DNA from: Entomortierella parvispora E1425
Lineage: Eukaryota > Fungi > Mortierellomycota
Assembly (NCBI GenBank): GCA_020891255.1
Contig: BQFW01000002.1
Coordinates: 62,001-126,000, forward strand
DNA: 64,000 bases
Direction: 5' to 3'
A program made the translations under genes and the position numbers. Numbering within the stretch: position 1 is the stretch's first letter; each line of letters begins with the position of its first letter. The notes under the pieces are model-generated. The model saw only the letters and a list, made by a program, of their open reading frames with translations, was not told the origin of the DNA and searched no databases. Below are positions 13,990 through 23,864 of the stretch, piece after piece.

Positions 13990-15104
13990 ATGTCCTCCAC
14001 TGTCCAGAGAGTCCTCCTCCTCGTCGGCCCTCCCGGGTCTGGAAAGTCTACCTTTGCCAAGGCCTTGACCAGAGACTTTCCCGTAATGCATCCTCCCTTC
14101 CTCTCCTCTCCTCTCCTCTTCATTCATTCTCAAATCTCAAATCTCGGCTTTGTTTCCACCCTAGACTTTCATGACATCCCTAATGAATCCAGGATTGGAT
14201 CCATCACCAGCATACAAAAAGAGTAGAACTAACAATGCTTTCATTCCATAATCATTCTCTTCTTTCTCTCATGACCCCCCATCAGGAGTTTGTCCGTATC
14301 AACCAGGACGATCTCGGTGACAGACAGGCCTGCGAGGCCATGACCTTGTCTGCCCTTCAAGCCAACAACCGCACTCAGTCTGTTATCATTGACCGCTGCA
14401 ACTTTGATGCTGACCAGCGCAAGGTCTGGGTCGGACTCGCCCAACAGCTCTCCGTTCCCGAGATTGATGTGATCATCATGGACACCGAGTTTTACCACTG
14501 CAAAACCAGGATCCTCGCCCGCAGCAACCACCCCACCCAGGTCGAGGGCGCCAACGGAGTCGATGTGCTTCACAAGTTCTTGGACATGATGACCCTCCCC
14601 ACCTACTTTGAGGGATTCACCAGGATCATGAGAGTCGAGCCCCAGCCCACCACTGAGTACTCGACCGAGGCCGTCAAGGAGATCATGGAGCGCTTGAGCC
14701 AGGTCCAGCGCCCCGAGAACTTGGAGGTGCCCCGTTGGCAGAAGGAGGATTTCTACTTCAAGACTCAGTACCATCGGGATGAGGAGGCTTACCGTGCCCG
14801 CAAGGCCGCTCAGTACCAGCAACATCATCAGCAAAAGACTGGACACTCCAACACCAACAACAAGGGACTTTTGGTCGACAGCGAGGGATTCGCTATCAAG
14901 AAGCGTCCCGGTCAGAAGGAGGAGCCTACCGCCCCTGCTCCCGTCCGTCCTCCCATGTTCGGAGGTGCTGGTGGCGGATGGAGAGCTCGTGAGGCCGCCA
15001 AGAAGCAGCAGGAGCCCAAGAAGTTTGGCCCTACCCTTCATGAGATCCCCAAGCCCGCCATTGCCAACCCCTTTGACATCTTGGGTGATGGAAATGACGA
15101 GTAA
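13990..15104 (+). CDS. P-loop kinase of the AAA_33 / PNKP-kinase-like type with a disordered C-terminus
   Basis: Exon 1 (13990-14082) has the Walker A motif GPPGSGKST. Exon 2 (from 14286) has VRINQDDLG, VIIDRCNF and ILARSNHPT. Confidence 0.75.
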
Positions 15105-15514
15105 CTTGGCCTTTGCTGGCTGACAGTTCCCCGCCAACCCAACACAACCCAAAAACATGACATGGACAGCGCAAGATCTGTGTCCCCCATTTTTGGGCGA
15201 ATTTCTCAAAAACCAAAGAGTCCTTGTCCAAAGGGCGATGATTGACGGCTCATGAGGACAAGGAAGCAGGACGAGGAGAAGCAAGACGAGACGAGACGAG
15301 ACGGACAGTTCATTCTCTCTAGAATTATTTATCTTTTTCATTTTTTTTATTCTTTTTTTTTGCATTGCCAGGCTGCATATCATAATTTTATCGTTCAATA
15401 TAAATTGTTTACCTTTTTTGTCATATTCAAAAAAAAAAAAACAGCCACCCCCCCCACATGGCACATGGGTCCACTTGGACACTGAGCCCTCGCCGCCGAG
15501 TTCGCTACAGCCCG

Positions 15515-17059
15515 TCATACCGTGTGCCAATGACGCCACTTTCCTAATGGACTGAGGGCCTTTCGAAGCGGTACACCTTGAGAGTGCAGCCATTCCAAGG
15601 TATCTTCTCGCACTGTCCGCAGACCGCGGATCAAAAGCAGGTCCAAATGTCGGCAGCCGACCAGCGACCGGATGCTCTCGTCCGTCAGATCATAGCAATT
15701 GTTAAGACTCAAGAGGGCCAGCTGTGGGTCTGAAGAGGACGAAGCAGCCAGCCGCGAGCCGGTGTGGCTTGTTTGCAACGATGAGTCCTGCAGATCAGGG
15801 TCTCCTCCTGCAGGGTTGGCAGAAATCGTTGTAGCCATAGCAGCGGTGGTGGCCGTAGCGTGGAATGAAGGCAATTGAACTCCAGCTGCTGCTGCTGCGG
15901 GCTCGGGCTGTGGGTGGAGGGGTCGACCCCGCCCGGCGATAGCTGAGATAGACTCGGGTGTCAAACTATAGCATTGGTCAAGGCGTAGCTCCTGGAGCTG
16001 AGGACATTGCTCCAGCAGCCAGATCAGGTCTTCATCTCCGACCTTTGTATGCGTCAGATTCAGTTTTCGCAGAGAATGCAATGGCTGCTGCTGTGGCGAC
16101 GATGATGGTAGCGGTGGCCACGAGGACTCTGAACCACCGGCTTTGGATGTCGCCGTCATGGCTGACTTTAAGTCTGGTGGTGAGGGTGCGATATGAACGA
16201 GCTCTAGACATCCCTCGAGGTTGATCTCTTCAAGATTTGGCATCCACGAATAGAACCCAGAGAGGTCGTGTAGTTGCTGACAGTTTTTCAGATCCAAAAT
16301 CGTAAGTTTACTACATATATGAAGAGATGCCGACGCCAGCGACGCCTCTGGTGCATTGGGGACATTATGAAGGGTTGGCAAACCAGAGAGGGCATTGGTA
16401 TGAAGGTTGAGTCTCTGGAGATGTTCAAAAGGATGAAGGATGAGCAAGCGCAAGAGTTGATCCAAGGACGCCTCTGATTTCCATCCTTCGATCGATAGCT
16501 CCTGCACCCCTTCCACAGATCGCGATCGCTTTGCTAGCGTCGATACAAATGCCAGGAAGGAATCCTCTTTTGATTTGCATGCCTCGGTCGTTGATTTTTT
16601 CTTTGGGTCCGTCGTCATCGAAGCGGCCAACGATTGGGGTGAGAGAGAAGAGGACGAGGCCGTGATCATGGGACCTCCTTCTGCACGCGCTGTTGCACCC
16701 GCCGCCGTGTGGCTGCTGCTGTTGGGCAAGTTGGCGGCAATGGTCAAAGACGAGGACGAGGAGAGCCCGTCATCGAGCGGTTGCTGCGAGCGCAAGCGCA
16801 GGAATGAGTCAGAATGATGTTGGAGCAGCGCAGCAGCGAGTGACAAGGGTCGGTGCGGTTGTCCGGCTGCGTTGTTGGAAAAGGTCGTGTGGTGGGGTCG
16901 AGCCAGAAGAGCCAGGACGGGCCAGAAGCATGGCTCGAGCACAAGCGTGTTCGCAGCGGAGGAGACGAGGCGGAAGTTCAATCGTTCGGTCTGGGAGTCG
17001 AGTCTGTGGAGGACCAGGATCTGGATCTCTGGGGGTAATTGAGCGAATGCAAAGGACAT
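15515..17059 (-). CDS. F-box / leucine-rich-repeat protein
   Basis: N-terminal F-box (LPPEIQILVLHRL..LNFRLVS) followed by cysteine-containing LRRs (LTILDLKNCQQL, LEEINLEGC, LQELRLDQCYSLT, LSLNNCYDLTDESI). Apparently a single exon. Confidence 0.8.
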   Translation of the reverse strand: MSFAFAQLPPEIQILVLHRLDSQTERLNFRLVSSAANTLVLEPCFWPVLALLARPHHTTFSNNAAGQPHRPLSLAAALLQHHSDSFLRLRSQQPLDDGLSSSSSLTIAANLPNSSSHTAAGATARAEGGPMITASSSSLSPQSLAASMTTDPKKKSTTEACKSKEDSFLAFVSTLAKRSRSVEGVQELSIEGWKSEASLDQLLRLLILHPFEHLQRLNLHTNALSGLPTLHNVPNAPEASLASASLHICSKLTILDLKNCQQLHDLSGFYSWMPNLEEINLEGCLELVHIAPSPPDLKSAMTATSKAGGSESSWPPLPSSSPQQQPLHSLRKLNLTHTKVGDEDLIWLLEQCPQLQELRLDQCYSLTPESISAIAGRGRPLHPQPEPAAAAAGVQLPSFHATATTAAMATTISANPAGGDPDLQDSSLQTSHTGSRLAASSSSDPQLALLSLNNCYDLTDESIRSLVGCRHLDLLLIRGLRTVREDTLEWLHSQGVPLRKALSPLGKWRHWHTV

Positions 17060-17371
17060 GTGAAAGAGAGTGGAATGCAAGTTGGGCGACAAGGAAGGCG
17101 AAGCAAGCAAGCAAGCAAGCAAGGAGGCAGGCGCGAGCGGCCAGGAAGAATTGGGTTCACCAGAGGAGAGTCAGGGTGTCTGGCGGAGAAAAGAAGAGAT
17201 AAGTTATCGCCTGGTATCAATCACATCGAGATCCAGATCCAGCTACGGGGGCCAGGCGAAGGACTCGGGAAGGGAGGACAAGGTAGATACCAAGATCAAG
17301 AACAGGCAGGGTCGGGTGGAAGAGGGACAGCGACAGGTGAAAGGGCAAAAGGGGGGGGCCACGGCGGGATT

Positions 17372-17425
17372 AGGAAGGAAGGACGGAAGGAAGGAAGGAA
17401 GGAAGGAAGGAAGGAAGGAAGGAAG
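17372..17425. repeat. (GAAG)n microsatellite in the divergent F-box/NMNAT spacer
   Basis: Directly visible tandem GAAG units. Confidence 0.9.
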
Positions 17426-18059
17426 GGAGCAAAGGAGGGCAACGATGGGGTCGATGGCAGAAAAGGGTGGGTCGTGTGGGTCCTTGGGTGCGATGGCCCA
17501 CTTTTCCACCCTTCTGTGCGGTGAAAAGTGGGGCCAGCCGGTCCGACCTCTTTTTTCTTTCTCTTCTCTTTGTGCCTTCTGTTCGTTCTGGGACCATATC
17601 ATTTATTTGCTCTCTTCTTTTTTTTCTTGTTTCTTTTTCCGTCTGTCCTCTTTTCTTCCATCCATCCATCCATCCCTTCCTCGCCATTTCCCCTCCTTCT
17701 TCCTCGCTATTCCCTAATCCCTCTCTCTCTCTCTTCTTTACCCCTGCGCCACTCCGCGACCTCACCTGCTACATCGCCAACAAGCATACCCTCTGCCACC
17801 CTCTCGCTCTTCGCCTGACCGTGCTATCGTTTGCTCGTCCTTGCTCTTCCCGTCGCCCCCTTACAGTCTCACATACCAACCATGCCTCCACCCATGCCTG
17901 TAGACGACAACATCTGGAACCTCAACAGGTAATGACCATGGCTGGCCAATGGCCCTGTCGCGACGACTTGCGCAATCAGCACAAGAACGACGGTTGACTT
18001 TTTTTCTTGCGTCCAACCCGCACCGAAAAAGCTGTTTGTGAGCCGTGCCAGTGCCATCT

Positions 18060-19560
18060 ATGACTAACAATCCGATCCAACCCCAAACACCTTATTTTGA
18101 TCTGGTCTCGTCCAGCTCCTCAGATCGCCAACATACTGAGGCCTATGGCTCCACAGAGATCTTTGATACCTCAAAGTACACCTTCCCAAGGGACAGGGTC
18201 CCACTCCAGATGAAGGGTATATTTTCGTCCGCAACCTCTTTTTTTTTTTTTTTTTTCTTGTTCTTTCGCATTGTCAAAACATTCATTTTTCATCAAAGTC
18301 CGTCTTTGCCACCACTTTTTATTTCACTTTTTCCCCTTCATCTTGATACAGAAGTGGCCCCATTGCAGCGCTCTCTGACGACATTTTTTGAACATGACAG
18401 GAAACAGGGACTAAACTGCTCTCTATCTTTGCTCTTTTTCTTTTACTTTTCTTGCCACCAGATGAATCCAAGACGCCGCTGGTCATTGTTGCCTGTGGAT
18501 CGTTCTCACCTATTACATACCTGCACCTGCGAATGTTTGGTAACATACGACATTGTCATTTACGCCGTTATTGAACAAATTGTTATCTGCGATAACAAAA
18601 TGTCATTTTATTGACCATTGGCTATCATTCTCCCTTCTCTCCTGTATCGTCAAAATATAATTCTGGATGCATGCCCAAAACAATCGACAACAACAACAAC
18701 AACAAAATCACAAAATCAATAGAAATGGCTCGGGATCACGTCGTCGAGAATACTGATTTTGAGATCATGGGTGGATACTTTTCACCAGTATCGGACTTCT
18801 ATCAGAAGCAAGGATTGGCAGAGGCGAGGCACCGTGTGCGCATGTGCGAACTTGCGGTCGAAAAATCCAGCACATGGTTGATGGTTGATAGCTGGGAGAG
18901 TCTGCAGACGAGTTATCAGCGAACAGCCATCGTCCTCGATCACTTTCAGCATGAGCTCAATGGCGCCGATGGCGAGGGAGGCGTGCGTTTGAAGAATGGT
19001 AACGCAATTGCGCTCGCACAAGTTCTTTCACAGCTTGGACATCATGCAGCCTATTTTGAACGAGTTTTCCGATATTAATTTCAATGCTGCGCTATTCTTT
19101 TTCTGGAACGCTATAGGTCAGTACAAACCCATCAAGATCATGCTTTTGGCTGGAGGAGACTTGGTTCAATCTTTTGCCGCACCAGACGTCTGGGCAACTG
19201 CAGATGTAAGTGGAAATGATATATAGCTTCTCAATTGGTATTAGGACAAAAAAAAAAAAAAATAGAAGCACGTCTTTAACAGCCATTCTCCTTTTTCTCA
19301 TCGATCAGTTGCACCACATCATTGGCAAGTACGGATGCTTGATTTTGGAAAGGACGGGATCGGACGTGTACGAGTTTTTGTTGTCGCACGACGTCCTTTA
19401 CAAACACCGGCGCAATGTCTTTGTCATCAAGCAGCTCATCTACAACGATATCAGTTCGACGAAAATCAGGCTCTTCATTCGGAGGGGCATGTCCATCAAG
19501 TACCTGCTGCCAACAGCCGTCATTGAATACATCTACGAGCAGCGTCTCTACCATGATTGA
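18060..19560 (+). CDS. NMA1: Nicotinamide/nicotinate mononucleotide adenylyltransferase (5 exons)
   Basis: Splicing gives KTPLVIVACGSFSPITYLHLRMF|EMARDHV, GGYFSPVSD, RVRMCELAV, WLMVDSWES, IMLLAGGDL and NDISSTKIRLFIRRGMSIKYLLP. Confidence 0.93.
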
Positions 19561-19736
19561 GAGAAAAAAAAAATCGGGAAGAAAACGGCGGAGAGAATTC
19601 ACAAAACTCAAGTACCGGTCTCTCCCTCCATAGAACCTTTTAAATGTACTACAACCCTCCTTCTATGGACTTGAATCAATTGACCAACGAGTTTATGAAT
19701 TTGTGAAGGACTGGAAAGGTTGATCATTCTCACCAG

Positions 19737-20235
19737 TCATCGCGATGGACTCTTATCACTCTGGACTGGAAACGATGCCTGGAGAGGCCCTACGTGGTAT
19801 GCAGTTTGGATGCCGCACTTCTCTCTAGAACGACGCGTCTTTCGGCAGCCGAGTTGTGGAAACTCTTCTATGAGAATCAGACTCGGTCGCAACTCTTTCA
19901 GGAAGAGGGCAAAGTCTATTTCCAGTGCACAATACATGGCGTCGCTGTCTATGAGATGCAGTAATCAAAGATCCAAGAACCCACCCCTATCAAAACGGGG
20001 GCTCACCAAGGAATATGAATACAGGCTGGGCGCAAGGGAAAGGGTCAATTGGATCAATTGATCTTCTACCCTGTGAGATTGTGGTTGGAAACTCGTGGTG
20101 TCTTGGGAAAAAGAGTAGACCATGCACCATGCCTTGCCATGTTTCCACTGTCTATAGTATGTACCTCAAGAGCGGATACAGACTCTCCACTCCCTCTGAC
20201 TGCCATGCAGATGACTTGATCCACATTCCTCTACT
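19737..20235 (-). pseudogene. Short spliced coding remnant of unknown family
   Basis: Three pieces join in frame through canonical sites (GAG|gtacat..cacag|, CTTG|gtgagc..catag|) to give VDQVICMAVRGSGESVSALE-GRRSIDPIDPFPCAQPVFIFL-DSDAMYCALEIDFALFLKELRPSL. No clean 5' end or start codon was found. Confidence 0.3.
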
Positions 20236-20736
20236 CTTTTGCTCTTCCCCGGCCTTTTCGATGGGAAGACTGCGCGTTGGTTCGTGGGTCTTGCCAAGGT
20301 GTCGTGCAGGCCCTCAATCCTCCGTCCTTCTGCTCTTCTATCGGCCCCTCTGACGAGAACCAATGTCCACTCGGTGTATGGTCAGTTCCTCTGGAGGACG
20401 TATCCAGTAACAGGAGAGCGTGAAATGAAAAAGAAACATGATTCACGGATCTGTTTTTGTAAGATATCTCAACATAGCAGGTCCAAGGATAAATAAACAC
20501 GTTAGATGCACGGACCTTGTCAACTCGATTGTTTCTGAGGATCAGATTCAAGATGACGGTTACCGAATGATTGGGCTTGTTGTTGTCAGCGTTGGAGAAC
20601 CCTGCTCCCTCTCTCTGCTTGCTGTCCTGGCTCTGCTGTGTTGTCTTGGTAACCAAGTCCTGTTACCCTTGAAATTTTCTTCGTGGAACCATGGGACAGT
20701 TGGCGAAATCAAGTATTTCGCTTCGGAGATCCAAGC

Positions 20737-20739
<3 letters not shown>

Positions 20740-20784
<45 letters not shown>

Positions 20785-20788
20785 CTCT
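20740..20788. repeat. (CT)n microsatellite upstream of the Sel1 gene
   Basis: Directly visible tandem CT dinucleotides. Confidence 0.9.
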
Positions 20789-20868
20789 CCATCCCAGCCA
20801 CCTTCCGCCCCTCAGCCCTCTTCAAGAGCAGGACGATCATCCACATCAGCCCATGAAAAAAAGCTCTA

Positions 20869-23578
20869 ATGAATCAGTGCGATACTACTCTTCTGACCGG
20901 TTTCGAAAAGGTCCACATCGACGGGATCTGTGACCATAACCCTCTGGTTAACTCGCACTATCCTGCTTTGATACCCATATTCAATGCACTCAAGTAATAG
21001 GACCATCAAGACAAAAACTTATCTTGCAATCTTGTCGCAGTAGAAACTCCCCTTACTTATTTTTTTTTTTTTTTTTTTTGATCTTGTCGTGAATTGATTT
21101 TTCAGGTTTTTGGACGATGTAGCTCAAGGAGATCCAATCGCCCAGAACAAGGCTGGACGAATGTACGAAGTCGGCGAAGATGTTCCTCAGAGCTACGAAA
21201 AAGCCATGGGGTTTTATCTGAAGGCTGCTCACCAAGGGAACCCACAGGCTCAGAACAGCCTCGGTATCCTACACCGTGACGGCAAAGGAGTTCCAAAAAA
21301 TGAGCAAATGGCTAAAAGTTGGTTTTCCAAGGCTGCAAGCCAAGGACTCGCCGATGCCCAGTTCAACTTGGGAATGATCTATCGCAGTGAAAATGATCGT
21401 GCCAGAGCTGTAGAGTGGGTTTTGAAGGCGGCCAGCCAAGGATATGGAATTGCTCAGTTCGCCGCTGGCGGGATGTATTACGAAGGCTATGGTGTCCAGC
21501 AGGATCTATCGAAAGCCATGGACTCGTACTTGAAGGCAGCTGATGAAGGATACGCAATTGCTCAATACAGTGTTGGTGCAATGTACGACTACGGCGAGGG
21601 CGTCACCCAGGACTACGCTAAGGCACTGGAATGGTACTCAAAGGCGGCCAAGCAAGGATACCCCAACGCTCAATTCAATTTGGGTGTCTTACATCAACAT
21701 GGCAGAGGCGCCCCGCAGGATAGTTCTTTGGCTGTGAAGTATTACGCAAAGGCAGCTGAACAGGGACTCGCCCAGGCTCAATACCACATGGCGCTTCTCT
21801 TTCACATCGGAGGAATTATTCCACAGGACAAGTGCGAGGCCATCCAGTGGTATTTGAAGGCTGCTGGTCAGGGCAACGCGGATGCGCAGTTTAGCTTAGG
21901 CGCGATATATGAGGAAGGAGATGGCGTAGTTCAAGACTATCAGGCTGCCGTGGAATGGTATTCAAAAGCGTCCCATCAAGGGCATGCCACAGCCCAGTAT
22001 TGCTTGGGGTTTCTTTATCAACATTCCAAAGATGGTCCGCTTGACAGTTCATTGGCAATTGCGTGGTATACTAAGGCTGCCGAGCAAAGAAACATTGGTG
22101 CTCAGCGCAACTTGGGCCAGATGTACAAGAAAGGTCAAGGTGTTTCGCAGGATTACCAGAGGGCCATGGAGTGGTATATAAAGGCTGCCGAGCAAGGAGA
22201 CGCCAGTGCTCAATTCAACATTGGCCTCATGTATGACAGAGGTAAAGGTGTTTCGCAGGATTATCAGAAGGCCATGGAGTGGTATATAAAGGCTGCCGAG
22301 CAAGGAGACGCCAGTGCTCAATTCAACATTGGCCTCATGTATGACAGAGGTAAAGGTGTTTCGCAGGATTATCAGAAGGCCATGGAGTGGTATATAAAGG
22401 CTGCCGAGCAAGGAAACGCCAGTGCTCAGTTCAACATTGGCTTCATGTATGACAGAGGTAAAGGTGTTTCGCAGGATTACCAGAAGGCCATGGAGTGGTA
22501 TATAAAGGCTGCCGAGCAAGGAAACGCCAGTGCTCAGTTCAAGATTGGCCTCATGTATGACAAAGGTGAAGGTGTTTCGCAGGATTACCAGAAGGCCATG
22601 GAGTGGTATATAAAGGCTGCCGAGCAAGGAAACGCCAGTGCTCAGTTCAACATTGGCCTCATGTATGACAGAGGTAAAGGTGTTTCGCAGGATTACCAGA
22701 AGGCCATGGAGTGGTATATAAAGGCTGCCGAGCAAGGAAACGCCAATGCTCAGCGCAACATTGGCACCTTGTACTACTCGGGTGAAGGTGTTTCGCAGGA
22801 TTATCAAAAGGCCATGGAGTGGTATATAAAGGCTGCCGAGCAAGGAAACGCCAGTGCTCAGTTCAACATTGGCCTCATGTATGACGAAGGTGAAGGTGTT
22901 TCGCAGGATTACCAGAAGGCCATGGAGTGGTATATAAAGGCTGCCGAGCAAGGAGACGCCGATGCTCAGCGCAACATTGGCCTGATGTACAGCACCGGTC
23001 GAGGTGTTTCGCAGGATTACCAGATGGCCATGGAGTGGTATATAAAGTCCGCTGAGCAAGGAAACGCCAATGCCCAGGGCAGCATTGGCCTGATGTACAA
23101 CAGTGGTCAAGGTGTTTCGCAGGATTATCAAAAGGCCATGGAGTGGTATATAAAGGCTGCCGAGCAAGGAAACGCCAGTGCTCAGTTCAAGATTGGCCTC
23201 ATGTACAGCAGTGGTCGAGGTGTTTCGCAGGATTATCAAAACGCCATGGAGTGGTATATAAAGGCTGCCGAGCAAGGAAACGCCAATGCTCAGCGCAACA
23301 TTGGCCTCATGTATGACAGAGGTAAAGGTGTTTCGCAGGATTATCAGAAGGCCATGGAGTGGTATATAAAGGCTGCCGAGCAAGGAAACGCCAGTGCTCA
23401 GTTCAACGTTGGCCTCATGTATGACAGAGGTAAAGGTATCTCTCAGGATTACCAGAAGGCCATAGAGTGGTATACAAAGGCTGCCGAGAAAGGAAACGCC
23501 AATGCTAAGCACAACATTGGTCTGATATACAAGAATGGTCAAGGCGCTTCGCAGGATTATCAAAAGGCCCTGAAGTGA
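20869..23578 (+). CDS. Sel1-like repeat (SLR/HCP-like) protein with ~22-23 36-aa repeats
   Basis: ORF 21110-23578 is built of SLR units (A.F.LG..Y..G.GV.QDY..A..WY.KAA.QG). A putative short first exon at 20869-20993 (MNQCDTT..FNALK, donor gtaata) splices in frame to the acceptor at 21105; this 5' exon is tentative. Confidence 0.9.
22172..23575 (+). repeat. Tandem array of 13 x 108-bp units (12 near-identical) inside the Sel1 gene
   Basis: TGGTAT(A/ATA)AAGGCTGCCGAG recurs every 108 bp at 22172, 22280, ... 23360 and 23468. Units 1 and 2 read identical at the nucleotide level. Confidence 0.97.
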
Positions 23579-23864
23579 TACATGAAGACCACCGAGCAAG
23601 GAAACCTCGAAGCTCTGTTCAGCACTGGCTTGATGTTCTATGATGAAGCGGATGTGCCGTTGGACCATGAGAAAGCTATAGTGGCTAAACAAGGCTGGCA
23701 ATAAAAGTAGAAGTCTAGAGCGATTACCTCAACTGAAGGCAGTACAGATCTCCACTTGCCAGTTGTTCTGTGATGGATGTCATTCTGACATAAAATACTG
23801 ACAGGGGAATAATTTTGTATTGAAATCAACAATTATATCTGACAATCATGATGTCCTTGCCCAA

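Noticed and set aside
22172-23575. Resemblance to a CRISPR-like repeat-spacer array
   Set aside because: Units are contiguous in-frame coding repeats of 108 bp without unique spacers, and no cas genes are present.
22049-23701. 550-aa antisense ORF with 36-aa periodicity
   Set aside because: Shadow of the Sel1 array; the absence of stops is simply propagated by the repeat unit.
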